Origin: Flavobacteriales bacterium
GTDB lineage: Bacteria; Bacteroidota; Bacteroidia; Flavobacteriales_D; Sanyastnellaceae
DNA: 64,000 nucleotides
Direction of reading: 5' to 3'
Assembly: GCA_031417525.1 (NCBI GenBank)
Contig: JANOVT010000332.1
Location: 19,365 to 83,364 of the forward strand
Below the pieces are notes generated by a model. The model searched no databases, was not told the origin of the DNA, and saw nothing but the letters and a program-made list of their open reading frames with translations. Shown one piece after another: positions 1 through 10,181 of the stretch; the first letter of the stretch is position 1; each line of letters begins with the position of its first letter. The position numbers and the translations under genes are program-made.

Positions 1-18
1 TCTGCTACTCAATAAATT

Positions 19-2499
19 CTAGCCACTGCACATCTCACATGCATCCGGATTGTCGAGTGAACAAGAAAGCGCCGCTTGTTGTTTCGCTATTTCCTCCGCA
101 CTCATGGACGTTTGGTCTGCGTTTACCGTTTGCATTTCGAATTCTGGTGTTACCACTGCAACTGGTTCAACCGCATAAGCTGCTGCTGTTCCAACTGCAA
201 TCGCAGATTCTGCATTCGATGGGATGCTTTCTGTTTTGTATTTTTTATCTACTGTAAACTTGATCGCATCTGTTGCTGCCTTTGTTCTCAGGTAATACAT
301 ACCTGTCTTCAATCCTTTTTCCCATGCGAAGAAGTGCATCGAAGAAAGTTTACCGAAGTTGGCATTTTCCACAAACAAATTGAGCGACTGACTCTGGCAA
401 ATAAATGCGCCACGATCCGCAGACATTTCAATGATTGTTTTCTGAGAAAGTTCCCACGCCGTTTTATACAACGCTTTCAAGTTGTCAGGAATCTCATTGA
501 TGTTCTGCACAGAACCATTAGCAGAGATGAGTTTGTTTTTCAAATCATCATTCCAGATGCCAAGGCTCACGAGGTCTTTCAATAAATGTTTATTGACGAT
601 GATATACTCACCGGCCAATACACGACGTGTGTAGATATTGCTTGTATAAGGCTCGAAACATTCGTTGTTGCCCAGAATCTGCGCAGTACTTGCTGTTGGC
701 ATCGGAGCCAGCAACAATGAATTGCGCATTCCGTACTTCTTGATTTCCTCCTTCAATACATCCCACTCCCAGCGATTGGTAGGAGTTACATTCCACATAT
801 CGTATTGAAGAATGCCTTTGCTTGCTGGTGAACCTTCAAACGTTTCATACGAACCTTCCACTTTCGCGAGATCTTTTGAAGCCGTTGCAGCCGCGTAATA
901 AATCGTCTCGAAAATTTCTTTGTTCAACTGTTTCGCTTCCGGGCCATCGAATGGGAACCGCATCAGGATAAATGCATCCGCCAATCCTTGCACACCGATA
1001 CCAATCGGACGGTGACGCATATTGCTTTTTTTCGTTTCCGGAACCGGATAATAATTCGCGTCGATAATTTTATTGAGGTTGATGGCAAGCTGATAAGCTA
1101 CATCAAACAATTTGTTGTGATCGAACGCAGAATCCTTCACAAATTTCGGAAGAGCTACAGAACCGAGGTTGCAAACTGCAATCTCATCGGGTGCGGTGTA
1201 CTCCATGATCTCCGTGCAGAGATTGGAACTTTTGATCGTGCCCAAATTCTGTTGATTGCTCTTACCATTCGCAGCATCTTTATACAACATATAAGGAGTG
1301 CCAGTCTCGATTTGTGATTCGAGAATCTTGAACCACAAGTCTTGCGCTTTGATAGTCTCGCGGCCTTTGCCTTCTGTTTCGTATTTTGTGTAAAGTGCTT
1401 CGAAATCAGGTCCCCAGCAATCTGCCAGTCCTGGACATTCGTTTGGACACATCAAGGTCCACTGTCCGTCTTCCTTCACACGCTTCATAAACAAATCCGG
1501 AATCCAGAGAGCGTAGAACAAATCACGTGCACGCGATTCTTCCTTTCCGTGATTTTTTTTCAGGTCCAGAAAATCAAATACATCAGCATGCCATGGCTCG
1601 AGATAAATCGCAAAAGAACCTTTGCGCTTTCCACCGCCCTGGTCCACATAACGCGCAGTGTCGTTAAACACTTTCAACATGGGAACTATGCCATTGCTCG
1701 TTCCATTGGTGCCTTTGATGTAAGAACCTTTCGCACGCACATTGTGAATGCTGAGACCGATACCACCGGCACTTTGAGAAATCAAAGCTGTTTGTTTCAA
1801 TGTATTGTAAATACCATCGATGGAATCATCCTGCATTTGCAACAGGAAACATGAACTCATCTGAGGTTTTGGAGTACCTGCGTTGAACAAGGTTGGAGTA
1901 GCGTGTGTGAACCAACCTTCGCTAAGCATATTGTAGGTCTTCACCACTTCTTCCATGTCGCCTTTGTGAATGCCGACAGCAACACGCATAAATAATTGTT
2001 GTGGGCGCTCGGCCACTTTGCCGTGCAATTTCAACAAATAAGAACGCTCCAAAGTTTTGAAACCGAAGTAATCAAAATTGAAATCGCGATCGTAGATGAT
2101 GGTGCTGTCAAGCAATGGTGCGTTGTCGAGAATGACTTTGTAGACATCATCGGCAAGCAAACCAGCGTTGGCGCCAGTCTTCGGATCAAGGTAGTAATAC
2201 AGATCCGTCATCACCTGACTGAAAGACTTCTTGGTGTTCTTATGCAGATTGCTCACGGCGATGCGTGAAGCAAGCAATGCATAGTCAGGATGTGTTGTTG
2301 CATTCGATGCAGAAATTTCCGCAGCGAGGTTATCGAGCTCACTGGTGGTAACACCATCATACACACCTTCAATCACCTTCATGGCGATTCTCAGCGGATC
2401 CACAATAGGATTCAGACCGTAGCAAAGTTTGCTTACGCGCGCGGTGATTTTATCAAACTTGACACTTTCCTTGTGTCCGTCTCTTTTTAGTACATACAT
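19..2499 (-). CDS. nrdA: Ribonucleoside-diphosphate reductase large subunit, class Ia (eukaryote-like R1)
   Basis: 826 aa. N-terminal ATP-cone-like [16 protein letters not shown], catalytic NLCTEI motif, and C-terminal cysteine pair (CEMCSG). Lies downstream of nrdB on the same strand. Confidence 0.95.
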   Translation of the reverse strand: MYVLKRDGHKESVKFDKITARVSKLCYGLNPIVDPLRIAMKVIEGVYDGVTTSELDNLAAEISASNATTHPDYALLASRIAVSNLHKNTKKSFSQVMTDLYYYLDPKTGANAGLLADDVYKVILDNAPLLDSTIIYDRDFNFDYFGFKTLERSYLLKLHGKVAERPQQLFMRVAVGIHKGDMEEVVKTYNMLSEGWFTHATPTLFNAGTPKPQMSSCFLLQMQDDSIDGIYNTLKQTALISQSAGGIGLSIHNVRAKGSYIKGTNGTSNGIVPMLKVFNDTARYVDQGGGKRKGSFAIYLEPWHADVFDFLDLKKNHGKEESRARDLFYALWIPDLFMKRVKEDGQWTLMCPNECPGLADCWGPDFEALYTKYETEGKGRETIKAQDLWFKILESQIETGTPYMLYKDAANGKSNQQNLGTIKSSNLCTEIMEYTAPDEIAVCNLGSVALPKFVKDSAFDHNKLFDVAYQLAINLNKIIDANYYPVPETKKSNMRHRPIGIGVQGLADAFILMRFPFDGPEAKQLNKEIFETIYYAAATASKDLAKVEGSYETFEGSPASKGILQYDMWNVTPTNRWEWDVLKEEIKKYGMRNSLLLAPMPTASTAQILGNNECFEPYTSNIYTRRVLAGEYIIVNKHLLKDLVSLGIWNDDLKNKLISANGSVQNINEIPDNLKALYKTAWELSQKTIIEMSADRGAFICQSQSLNLFVENANFGKLSSMHFFAWEKGLKTGMYYLRTKAATDAIKFTVDKKYKTESIPSNAESAIAVGTAAAYAVEPVAVVTPEFEMQTVNADQTSMSAEEIAKQQAALSCSLDNPDACEMCSG

Positions 2500-2819
2500 A
2501 ATCGAATACTGATTAATTGTTTGGTTGCTCAGGAAAAAAAATCAGTTCAGCTCAATAGTTCCCGTTCTGCTTGAGTGCCTCCCGATATATCGGGAAGTGG
2601 TTAAGGCGTCCACTGAACTTCTTTCGATGTTCTGTGTTTGTTACCAAATCATATCTTCAAAATCAAGCGATCGAGAAAATCGAATTGGTTGCGCAAGGAA
2701 ATTGTTTAGGTAACGTTTCTGCAAAAATCCGGGTGGATTGTTTTGAAGAAAATCAGGGTAATTATTCACACCTTATCGGTGTATTCAAGATATCAATAAA
2801 ATGATATCGTTTTTGTTCA

Positions 2820-3848
2820 TTAAAAATCTTCGTCCAACGAAAAAGTTTGTTTATCCTTATCCGCCATCACTCCTGCCTTCTGATATTCACCCACACGTTT
2901 CTCGAAGAAATTGGTTTTTCCTTGAAGAGAAATCATTTCCATAAAATCAAAAGGATTCGTTTTATTGTATATCGGATCATTTCCGAGTTCCATCAAAAGT
3001 CGGTCGGCAACAAACTCAATGTATTGTGCCATCATCTCGCTATTCATTCCGATCAGCTTCACAGGTAATGCGTCGATGATAAATTCTTTTTCAATTTCAA
3101 CGGCATTGGTGATGATTTCCAAAATTCTTTCAGTGGAAAGTTTGTTCACGATATGTTTCGTGTACAAAAGACAAGCGAAATCACAATGCAAACCTTCGTC
3201 GCGGCTGATCAATTCGTTGGAGAAACTAAGCCCCGGCATCAGTCCACGTTTTTTCAACCAGAAAATACTGCAGAAGGAACCACTGAAGAAGATGCCTTCC
3301 ACTGCAGCAAAAGCCACCAACCTTTCAGCGAAAGAATCGCTTTTGATCCAGCGCAAAGCCCAATCCGCCTTCTTCTTCACGCAATCGAGGTTATCGACTG
3401 CTTTGAACAGAAAGTTTTTGTCTTTTGTGTCTTTGATATAAGTATCAATCAACAATGAATAAGTTTCACTATGAATGTTTTCCATCATGATTTGAAAACC
3501 ATAGAAAAACTTTGCTTCCGTATACTGTGTTTCACGAACAAAATTTTCGGCCAGGTTTTCATTAACGATACCATCACTGGCCGCAAAAAATGCGAGCACG
3601 TGTTTAATGAAGTGACGTTCGTCGTTGTTGAGTTTGTTGTTCCAGTCGACGAGATCAGCTTCGAGATCGATCTCTTCGGCAGTCCAAAAATTCGCCTGGC
3701 TTTTTTTATAAAAATGCCAGATGTCGTGGTGTTCAATTGGAAATAAAACAAATCTGTCAGGATTTTCCTTCAGGATAGGTTCAATCTGCACATTGGCGGC
3801 AGATTTTTCGGAGGCTGCATTTTCAACGGAAGCAAGTAAATTGTCCAT
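2820..3848 (-). CDS. nrdB: Ribonucleoside-diphosphate reductase small subunit (R2)
   Basis: 342 aa. Has di-iron ferritin-like motifs ([16 protein letters not shown]) and an R1-binding acidic C-terminus ending FSLDEDF. Confidence 0.95.
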   Translation of the reverse strand: MDNLLASVENAASEKSAANVQIEPILKENPDRFVLFPIEHHDIWHFYKKSQANFWTAEEIDLEADLVDWNNKLNNDERHFIKHVLAFFAASDGIVNENLAENFVRETQYTEAKFFYGFQIMMENIHSETYSLLIDTYIKDTKDKNFLFKAVDNLDCVKKKADWALRWIKSDSFAERLVAFAAVEGIFFSGSFCSIFWLKKRGLMPGLSFSNELISRDEGLHCDFACLLYTKHIVNKLSTERILEIITNAVEIEKEFIIDALPVKLIGMNSEMMAQYIEFVADRLLMELGNDPIYNKTNPFDFMEMISLQGKTNFFEKRVGEYQKAGVMADKDKQTFSLDEDF

Positions 3849-4228
3849 AATTCTTTTCTCAAACAGTAAAAAACATTCTTTAATGAGGTGGTCGGGGTCG
3901 CAACTGGCAAAAACTAGAGCAGTTCACCCTCTTCTTTTTTGCCTTATCTCAGGTACTCAATCTTTTAATCCTTTTCTTCCCTTCCTGAATGACGTTGTCA
4001 AATGTTCGTCAAAAACGGTGGGAAGCCAAGTGCAAACAATTGACAACTGCTTTTAGTTTTTAACATGACAGGGACCTGACATCACGGATGCCAATTTCGA
4101 TATACCTTTTTGATCTTACACTACCCCGTACAAGGTATATTTTTGGTCAAATTGGCTGAATTCTGTGGCATGATTTCCGATACGCGGCTGGATGAACCTT
4201 GAACTGTTCACTGAATCCCATTTTATTT

Positions 4229-4277
4229 GGTAATGGGTAATTGGTATGTGGTATTGGGTCGTTGGCAGAGGGTAATA
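4229..4277. repeat. Degenerate 7-nt tandem array, 7 units of GGTAWTN type
   Basis: Read directly: ggtaatg ggtaatt ggtatgt ggtattg ggtcgtt ggcagag ggtaata. Confidence 0.8.
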
Positions 4278-4328
4278 ATTTGCACGAAATGGGTCTTTTA
4301 AATGGAGTTGCTGAATTCATCTCAACCG

Positions 4329-4391
4329 AAATACCAAGGTCTTGCGCCTGAATACCCAATACCAAAGACCTAATACCCAATACCCTTTGCC
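4329..4391. repeat. Degenerate 7-nt tandem array, 9 units of NNATACC type; inverted copy of the 4229-4277 array family
   Basis: Read directly: aaatacc aaggtct tgcgcct gaatacc caatacc aaagacc taatacc caatacc ctttgcc. The 10-mer acccaatacc occurs twice (4354-4363, 4375-4384) and is the exact reverse complement of ggtattgggt at 4250-4259. Confidence 0.8.
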
Positions 4392-4527
4392 AGCTTGTCA
4401 GTCCATTTCCCGGTGGCACCATTTTTAGCTTCCGCCCAGGCGCTTTCAAATACTACATTTGCAGGCCCGGAAAAAGCGTGCGCTTTTGCCCCGGAAAGCT
4501 TATTACACAAGAAGTACGAAAAATATT

Positions 4528-7500
4528 ATGATAGGAACAATCAATAAAATCCTCAAACGATTTGTCGGTGATAAATCTCAAACGGACCTCAAAGAAGTTA
4601 CACCGATAGTAGAAAAAATAAATCAGGTTGGAGCCACACTCACTTCTATTTCCAATGATGAATTGCGCGGAAAAGCAGACGCGTTGAAGCAGAAGATCAG
4701 GGATCGTGTTAAAGGAATGGAAGAAGAAATTGCCCACCTGAAAATTCAGGCAGAGGCATTACCTGGTACTGAACTCGAGCAAAAAGAAACCATCTTCAAT
4801 CAGGTAGATAAACTCAGTAAAGAGATAGATCAGGAGATTGAAAAAGTATTGGAAGAAATCCTTCCTGAAGCATTTGCTATTATCAAAGAAACAGCAAGAC
4901 GTCTGAAGGAAAACACTGAATTGCGTTTGACAGCGACCGAAACAGACAAACAGCTTTCTCTGAATTCAGCGAAAGATTATATCAAGATAGAAGGCAATAC
5001 TACAATCTGGAAAAATTCGTGGAATGCCGCCGGAAACCCGATCACCTGGGACATGGTGCACTATGACGTGCAGTTGATCGGCGGTATTGCATTGCATCGC
5101 GGAAAAGTGGCGGAGATGGCTACCGGTGAAGGAAAAACACTTGTCGCTACATTACCGGTATTCCTCAATGCGCTTGCGGGTCGTGGAGTGCATCTGGTAA
5201 CGGTAAATGACTACCTCGCAAAAAGGGACTCCGAATGGATGGGGCCACTTTATGAATTCCATGGTTTAACGGTAGATTGTATTGATCGCCACCAGCCGAA
5301 TAGTGCTGCCCGAAAAAATGCTTACAACGCCGATATCACATTCGGAACGAATAACGAATTTGGTTTTGATTACCTGCGTGATAATATGGCGGTAGAAGCA
5401 TCGAATCTGGTGCAGCGCAAACACCATTATGCAATCGTCGATGAGGTAGATAGTGTTTTGATTGATGAAGCACGAACACCTCTTATTATATCCGGTCCGA
5501 CACCAAAAGGAGATGATCAGGAATTTGATGCTCTGAAACCACGCGTACAATTATTGATCAGTGCACAGAAGGCAGCCACTACCGAATTTTTGACGCTGGC
5601 AAAAAAACGTCTTACACCTTCATCAGGCAGTTCTACCAAAGAAGAATTACAAGAAGGTGCACTCGCACTTTTCCGCGCATACAGAGGTCTTCCAAAAAAT
5701 TCTGCGTTGATCAAATTCCTCAGTGAAGAAGGAATGAAAGCGCAGCTATTGAAAACAGAAGGTTCGTATTTGCAAGACAATCAGCGAGACATGCCAAAGG
5801 CTGACGCTGAGTTGTTTTTCGTGATAGATGAAAAACATAATCAAGTTGAATTGACTGAAAAAGGAATTCAACTGATGTCAAAAAACATGGAGGATGAAAA
5901 ATTCTTCGTGATGCCGGATCTCGGAAGTGAACTCGCTGAAATCGAAAACAGCGGCGTTTCTGCAGATGAAAAATTGCGACTGAAGGATGAACTGATGCGC
6001 GATTACAGCATCAAGAGCGAGCGTATTCACACGATCAATCAATTGCTGAAAGCGTATTCCATTTTTGAAAAAGATGTAGACTATGTGGTGATCGATAACA
6101 AGGTGAAAATTGTGGATGAGCAGACCGGCCGAATCATGGAAGGTCGTCGTTATTCTGATGGTTTGCATCAGGCGATAGAAGCGAAAGAAAATGTACGTGT
6201 CGAAGCAGCTACACAAACGTATGCGACCATCACCTTACAGAATTATTTCAGGATGTACCACAAACTCGCCGGTATGACCGGAACTGCAGAAACAGAAGCA
6301 GGAGAGTTGTGGAGTATTTATAAACTGGACGTGATGGTGATTCCAACCAACCGCAATATTTCGCGGAAGGATATGGAAGATAAAATTTACAAAACCAAAC
6401 GCGAGAAATACAACGCAGTCATCGATGAAATCGCTGAGCTGCGTGCAGCCGGTCGTCCGGTTCTGGTTGGAACAACCACTGTTGAGGTATCAGAATTGTT
6501 GTCCAAAATGTTGCGCCTTCGTGGCATTGAACACCAGGTATTGAATGCAAAACTTCACCAGCGCGAAGCAGAAATTGTAGCCTCAGCCGGCCGTTCCGGA
6601 ACAGTGACCATTGCAACCAACATGGCTGGTCGTGGAACGGATATTAAGTTAGGCGAAGGTGTAAAAGATGCGGGTGGTCTTGCAATCATCGGCACAGAGC
6701 GCCATGATTCCCGTCGTGTGGATAGACAGCTTCGTGGTCGTGCGGGACGTCAGGGTGATCCGGGATCATCACAGTTTTATGTTTCTCTGGAAGATGATCT
6801 GATGCGTTTGTTTGGAAGTGATCGTATTGCAAAAATGATGGACAGACTTGGCCTGAAAGAAGGTGAAGTTATTCAACACAGCATGATCACTTCGAGTATC
6901 GAACGTGCACAGAAAAAAGTAGAAGAAAATAATTTCGGAATCCGCAAAAGATTGCTGGAATACGATGATGTAATGAACTCGCAACGCGAGGTTATTTATA
7001 AGAGAAGAAAACACGCGCTGTTTGGCGAACGATTGAAACTAGACATCGACAACATGTTCTATGATCTTTCGGGAACGGTTGTAGATGCGCAGCATTCAGC
7101 AAAATACTACGAAGGTTATAAATTGGATTTGCTACGTTTATTTGGAATTGAAGCGCCAGTGACTGCTGAAGAATTTGTTTCGATGAAGGCCGATGATCTC
7201 GTTCAGAAAACTTACGTTGCAGTAGAAGCCAAATACAAACAGCGTATTCAACACATTATGCAGGAATCATTTCCTGTTATCAAAAATGTGTACGAAAACA
7301 ATTCGCAGGGCTTCACCAATATAGCAGTTCCTTTCAGTGATGGCCGCAAGACAGTGCAAGTTGCAGTGAATCTGGATAAAGCATATCAATCACAAGGAAG
7401 CGAAATCTTAGATGCGTTGGAAAAAGGAATCACACTTGCGATGATCGATCAGAGCTGGAAAGAACATTTGCGCGATATGGATGATTTGCGCACGAATGTT

Positions 7501-7902
7501 CAATTTGCATCACACGAACAAAAAGATCCTTTGCTGATTTATAAATTGGAGAGCTACAACCTCTTCAAAAACCTGATCTCAAAAGTGAATAGCGAACTCA
7601 GCGGATTCCTGATACACGCAAAATTGCCACAGGGACAGGCACCAATCAGACAAGCACAAGCACCACGTGCAGTTGAAAATTCCAAGATCAATATCAACAA
7701 ACCAGAAAGTCTGAACTTACAACAGCGCACTGTAGCTGCACAAGGCTCACAAGACCATGGACAACGTGCGATGGCAATGCCTCCGCAAGGCCCGCCAGTC
7801 AAAGCAGAACCGGTAAGGGCTGAAGTCAAGGTTGGTCGCAATGATCCTTGTCCATGTGGCAGCGGTAAGAAGTACAAATCCTGTCACGGAGCGGCGGAAT
7901 AA
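4528..7902 (+). CDS. secA: Preprotein translocase ATPase SecA
   Basis: DEAD-like motor motifs ([37 protein letters not shown]) and a C-terminal zinc motif [14 protein letters not shown]. The start is set at ATG 4528 ([12 protein letters not shown]), the canonical SecA N-terminus. The ORF-track start at 4459 adds an unlikely basic extension. Confidence 0.95.
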   Translation: MIGTINKILKRFVGDKSQTDLKEVTPIVEKINQVGATLTSISNDELRGKADALKQKIRDRVKGMEEEIAHLKIQAEALPGTELEQKETIFNQVDKLSKEIDQEIEKVLEEILPEAFAIIKETARRLKENTELRLTATETDKQLSLNSAKDYIKIEGNTTIWKNSWNAAGNPITWDMVHYDVQLIGGIALHRGKVAEMATGEGKTLVATLPVFLNALAGRGVHLVTVNDYLAKRDSEWMGPLYEFHGLTVDCIDRHQPNSAARKNAYNADITFGTNNEFGFDYLRDNMAVEASNLVQRKHHYAIVDEVDSVLIDEARTPLIISGPTPKGDDQEFDALKPRVQLLISAQKAATTEFLTLAKKRLTPSSGSSTKEELQEGALALFRAYRGLPKNSALIKFLSEEGMKAQLLKTEGSYLQDNQRDMPKADAELFFVIDEKHNQVELTEKGIQLMSKNMEDEKFFVMPDLGSELAEIENSGVSADEKLRLKDELMRDYSIKSERIHTINQLLKAYSIFEKDVDYVVIDNKVKIVDEQTGRIMEGRRYSDGLHQAIEAKENVRVEAATQTYATITLQNYFRMYHKLAGMTGTAETEAGELWSIYKLDVMVIPTNRNISRKDMEDKIYKTKREKYNAVIDEIAELRAAGRPVLVGTTTVEVSELLSKMLRLRGIEHQVLNAKLHQREAEIVASAGRSGTVTIATNMAGRGTDIKLGEGVKDAGGLAIIGTERHDSRRVDRQLRGRAGRQGDPGSSQFYVSLEDDLMRLFGSDRIAKMMDRLGLKEGEVIQHSMITSSIERAQKKVEENNFGIRKRLLEYDDVMNSQREVIYKRRKHALFGERLKLDIDNMFYDLSGTVVDAQHSAKYYEGYKLDLLRLFGIEAPVTAEEFVSMKADDLVQKTYVAVEAKYKQRIQHIMQESFPVIKNVYENNSQGFTNIAVPFSDGRKTVQVAVNLDKAYQSQGSEILDALEKGITLAMIDQSWKEHLRDMDDLRTNVQFASHEQKDPLLIYKLESYNLFKNLISKVNSELSGFLIHAKLPQGQAPIRQAQAPRAVENSKININKPESLNLQQRTVAAQGSQDHGQRAMAMPPQGPPVKAEPVRAEVKVGRNDPCPCGSGKKYKSCHGAAE

Positions 7903-8125
7903 TAGCCTTCGACAACACAGGTCGAACTGGTTTCGATTGCTGACTCGAGTGCAGCCCGATGGGCATTACTCTTTGCTGACCATTCGGTGAAATGCCTCAT
8001 TTCCATTTAACTCCTCCGGATAAGTTTTAACACTTAAAAATACCATTTCAGGGCACTAATTTTACAATTCGTCTAAATATACCGTATCTTAGCGGCGTTC
8101 AACGGATTACCTAAACCGCGCTGCC

Positions 8126-8479
8126 ATGTCAAAACCGTTACGCACTACAGTAACAATTCTGCTACTCTCTATGATATTTCACTTGGGCTCTCTTGCTCAA
8201 GCCGAGATTCAATATACAGTCGTTGACAACGAATATTATTACCAGATTCAACTTCAGAATGTAACTGACGCAGATGATGCGAAAGTTCCGATGGCCCTGT
8301 TGCATGAGCTCTTCGGCAGCATGCCAACGTTTGATCAGGAGTCGACTGTCCTTTCCATTTTAACCAGAAAAAATGTAAGCAAACCTCTCATCAGAGAACG
8401 ATTAGAAGAACACGATTATGTCTTCATTTTACTTCAGAAGGAAGAAAGGAATAATTCAGATCAGGAAGACAGAGAATGA
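8126..8479 (+). CDS. Hypothetical exported protein
   Basis: 117 aa with an N-terminal signal peptide (TILLLSMIFHLGSLAQA). Its stop overlaps the next start (ATGA at 8476), suggesting coupling. No recognisable family. Confidence 0.55.
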   Translation: MSKPLRTTVTILLLSMIFHLGSLAQAEIQYTVVDNEYYYQIQLQNVTDADDAKVPMALLHELFGSMPTFDQESTVLSILTRKNVSKPLIRERLEEHDYVFILLQKEERNNSDQEDRE

Positions 8480-9879
8480 AGCAACTATTTTCCATCTTGA
8501 TTCTGCTTTCTGTTTGTTCGTCAATTTACGCGCAACCAGCAAATGATCTGTGTTCCGGAGCAGCAACGGTCATTCCGGATGGCACGTGCTATGCCGGAAC
8601 CAACGTATCTGCAAGTGATAACCTCACCGGCGAGCCTGGATGCGCAACACAAGGTGGCCCGAATGGCCATCGTGAAATCTGGTTCAGTTTCACTGCCACC
8701 ACCACCACGGTGGATTTTGACATTACGAGCCCGACCGGCTCGACGATTGAACTATTGCTAATTTCAGGAACCTGCGCATCCCTTACCTTGGAAAATTCCA
8801 CCTGTATGACCTCACCACTGGCAACCACCTTTGCCGGGCTGACAATTGGTCAAACTTATTATTACACGATCTCCTTACCAGGAAATACTACTACCACATT
8901 TACAACATGTGTGACGAGTGTTGCTTCACCACCGGAATCAGGTCAAAACTGCACAACGGCAGTTCCTATTTGCAGCAATTCCTCTTTTGGTGGCAACAGC
9001 GATGGCTTCGGAAATCAAGAACTTAACAATGCGAATCATGGGTGTCTGGCTTCCAATGAAAGACAATCCTCGTGGTATTACTTTCAGGTTCAAACCAGTG
9101 GTACCCTGGATATGACAATTGATCCTTCTACGAATACCGATTATGATTTTGCGCTTTGGGGTCCAATGGCAGCATATGCATGTCCCGTTACCGGTCCGCC
9201 CTTGCGATGCTCATATGCCAGCGGAGCACTGACCGCACTAATGACCGGATCCTATAACACCGGATTTGGACCGACAGGAACTGAAGCCTCCGATGGAACA
9301 GGAGGAACATTGGATGGTTGGGCATCGACGGTCAATGTTTTAGCCGGAGAATTTTACATTTTAGTCATTGACAATTTTTCCATCAACAACACGCCATTTA
9401 CACTTTCGTGGGGAGGAAGCTCGGTATTATCATGTGCATTGCTCCCAATAGAACTATCCGAATTTTCCGGAAAAAAATTTGATGGACACAATGTGATTTC
9501 ATGGACGACTTCGAGCGAATCAGAAAATGAAAAATTCGTACTTCAGAGATCGAGCGACGCGAGAATCTTTGAAGACATTTACACTGTTTCTGGAGCAGGT
9601 ACAGACGCATCAGTCAACAACTATTACTTCAGGGATTACAAATTCGTTTCGAATCAGGTCAATTATTATCGCCTAAAACAAGTTGATCGCAACGGAGAAT
9701 TCACTAATTCACAGATTATTTCCATCAATAACCACGACGATAAAACGATTCGGTCAATCGTGGTTTATGATGTGGTAGGTCAGCAGCATGATCCTGCATT
9801 TTTAGAAAAAGGCATTTTCATTTTCCTCACTGAATATGAGGATGGAAGTTTTTACTCTGAAAAAAAATGGATTCATTAA
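8476..9879 (+). CDS. Secreted Cys-rich protein with T9SS-type C-terminal region
   Basis: 467 aa with a signal peptide. It has two Cys-containing beta-rich modules beginning NDLC/QNC. It carries the LPIELSEF...YYRLKQVDRNGEF module common in Bacteroidota surface proteins. The C-terminal VYDVVGQ...GIFIF...KKW resembles a type A sorting domain. Confidence 0.7.
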   Translation: MKQLFSILILLSVCSSIYAQPANDLCSGAATVIPDGTCYAGTNVSASDNLTGEPGCATQGGPNGHREIWFSFTATTTTVDFDITSPTGSTIELLLISGTCASLTLENSTCMTSPLATTFAGLTIGQTYYYTISLPGNTTTTFTTCVTSVASPPESGQNCTTAVPICSNSSFGGNSDGFGNQELNNANHGCLASNERQSSWYYFQVQTSGTLDMTIDPSTNTDYDFALWGPMAAYACPVTGPPLRCSYASGALTALMTGSYNTGFGPTGTEASDGTGGTLDGWASTVNVLAGEFYILVIDNFSINNTPFTLSWGGSSVLSCALLPIELSEFSGKKFDGHNVISWTTSSESENEKFVLQRSSDARIFEDIYTVSGAGTDASVNNYYFRDYKFVSNQVNYYRLKQVDRNGEFTNSQIISINNHDDKTIRSIVVYDVVGQQHDPAFLEKGIFIFLTEYEDGSFYSEKKWIH

Positions 9880-10181
9880 AATCCCTGACCGCTCCAATAT
9901 TCAAACCTATAGTGCAACAAATTCAAAATCATTCTCTGAGGAGAATTGTCTTTTGAGTTTTTACTGAATAATATTTCGCTTAAATAAACGTCTCGCTTCG
10001 CTCGTTTAAAACATCATCTCTAGCCGAGCTACGCCGAGTAGCCGAGATTCGGAGAGTTTTTAGACACCGTCATTTCTTTGTGTGAAATTCATTTGTGAAT
10101 CCCAATGGTTTCAAGCAAATGCAATCAAAAAACATGGATCCGATAAAAGCACTATCTAGAATTCTGAAGCACCTGTTCTGT

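Noticed and set aside
3849-4228. Possible cobalamin riboswitch or NrdR boxes in the long nrdB upstream region
   Set aside because: I read the minus-strand leader and found purine-rich segments (ggaagggaagaaaagga, agagggtgaac). I did not find a B12 box (GCCACTG-type core with flanking conserved helices) or tandem NrdR-type palindromes. A covariance-model scan (Rfam RF00174) would be decisive.
4414-4429. Sigma-54 -24/-12-like sequence TGGCACcatttTTAGC upstream of secA
   Set aside because: The GG-to-GC spacing is one nucleotide too long and the -12 element reads TTAGC rather than TTGC. secA is not an expected sigma-54 target.
4147-4449. 100-aa ORF on the minus strand in the nrdB-secA intergenic region
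   Set aside because: It spans both heptamer arrays. Its odd repeats (VLGIRSLVLGIQAQDLGIS) are simply the translated 7-nt arrays, which cannot hold a reading frame meaningfully. It has no start context or family resemblance.
4459-4527. N-terminal extensions suggested by the longest-ORF starts for secA 4459, ABC-F 12176, porP 18477, the 33684 ORF, the YfiR-like gene 40772 and the 39285 ORF
   Set aside because: In each case an internal ATG yields the canonical family N-terminus or a clean signal peptide, while the extension is basic or hydrophobic junk. The shorter coordinates are used in the feature list.
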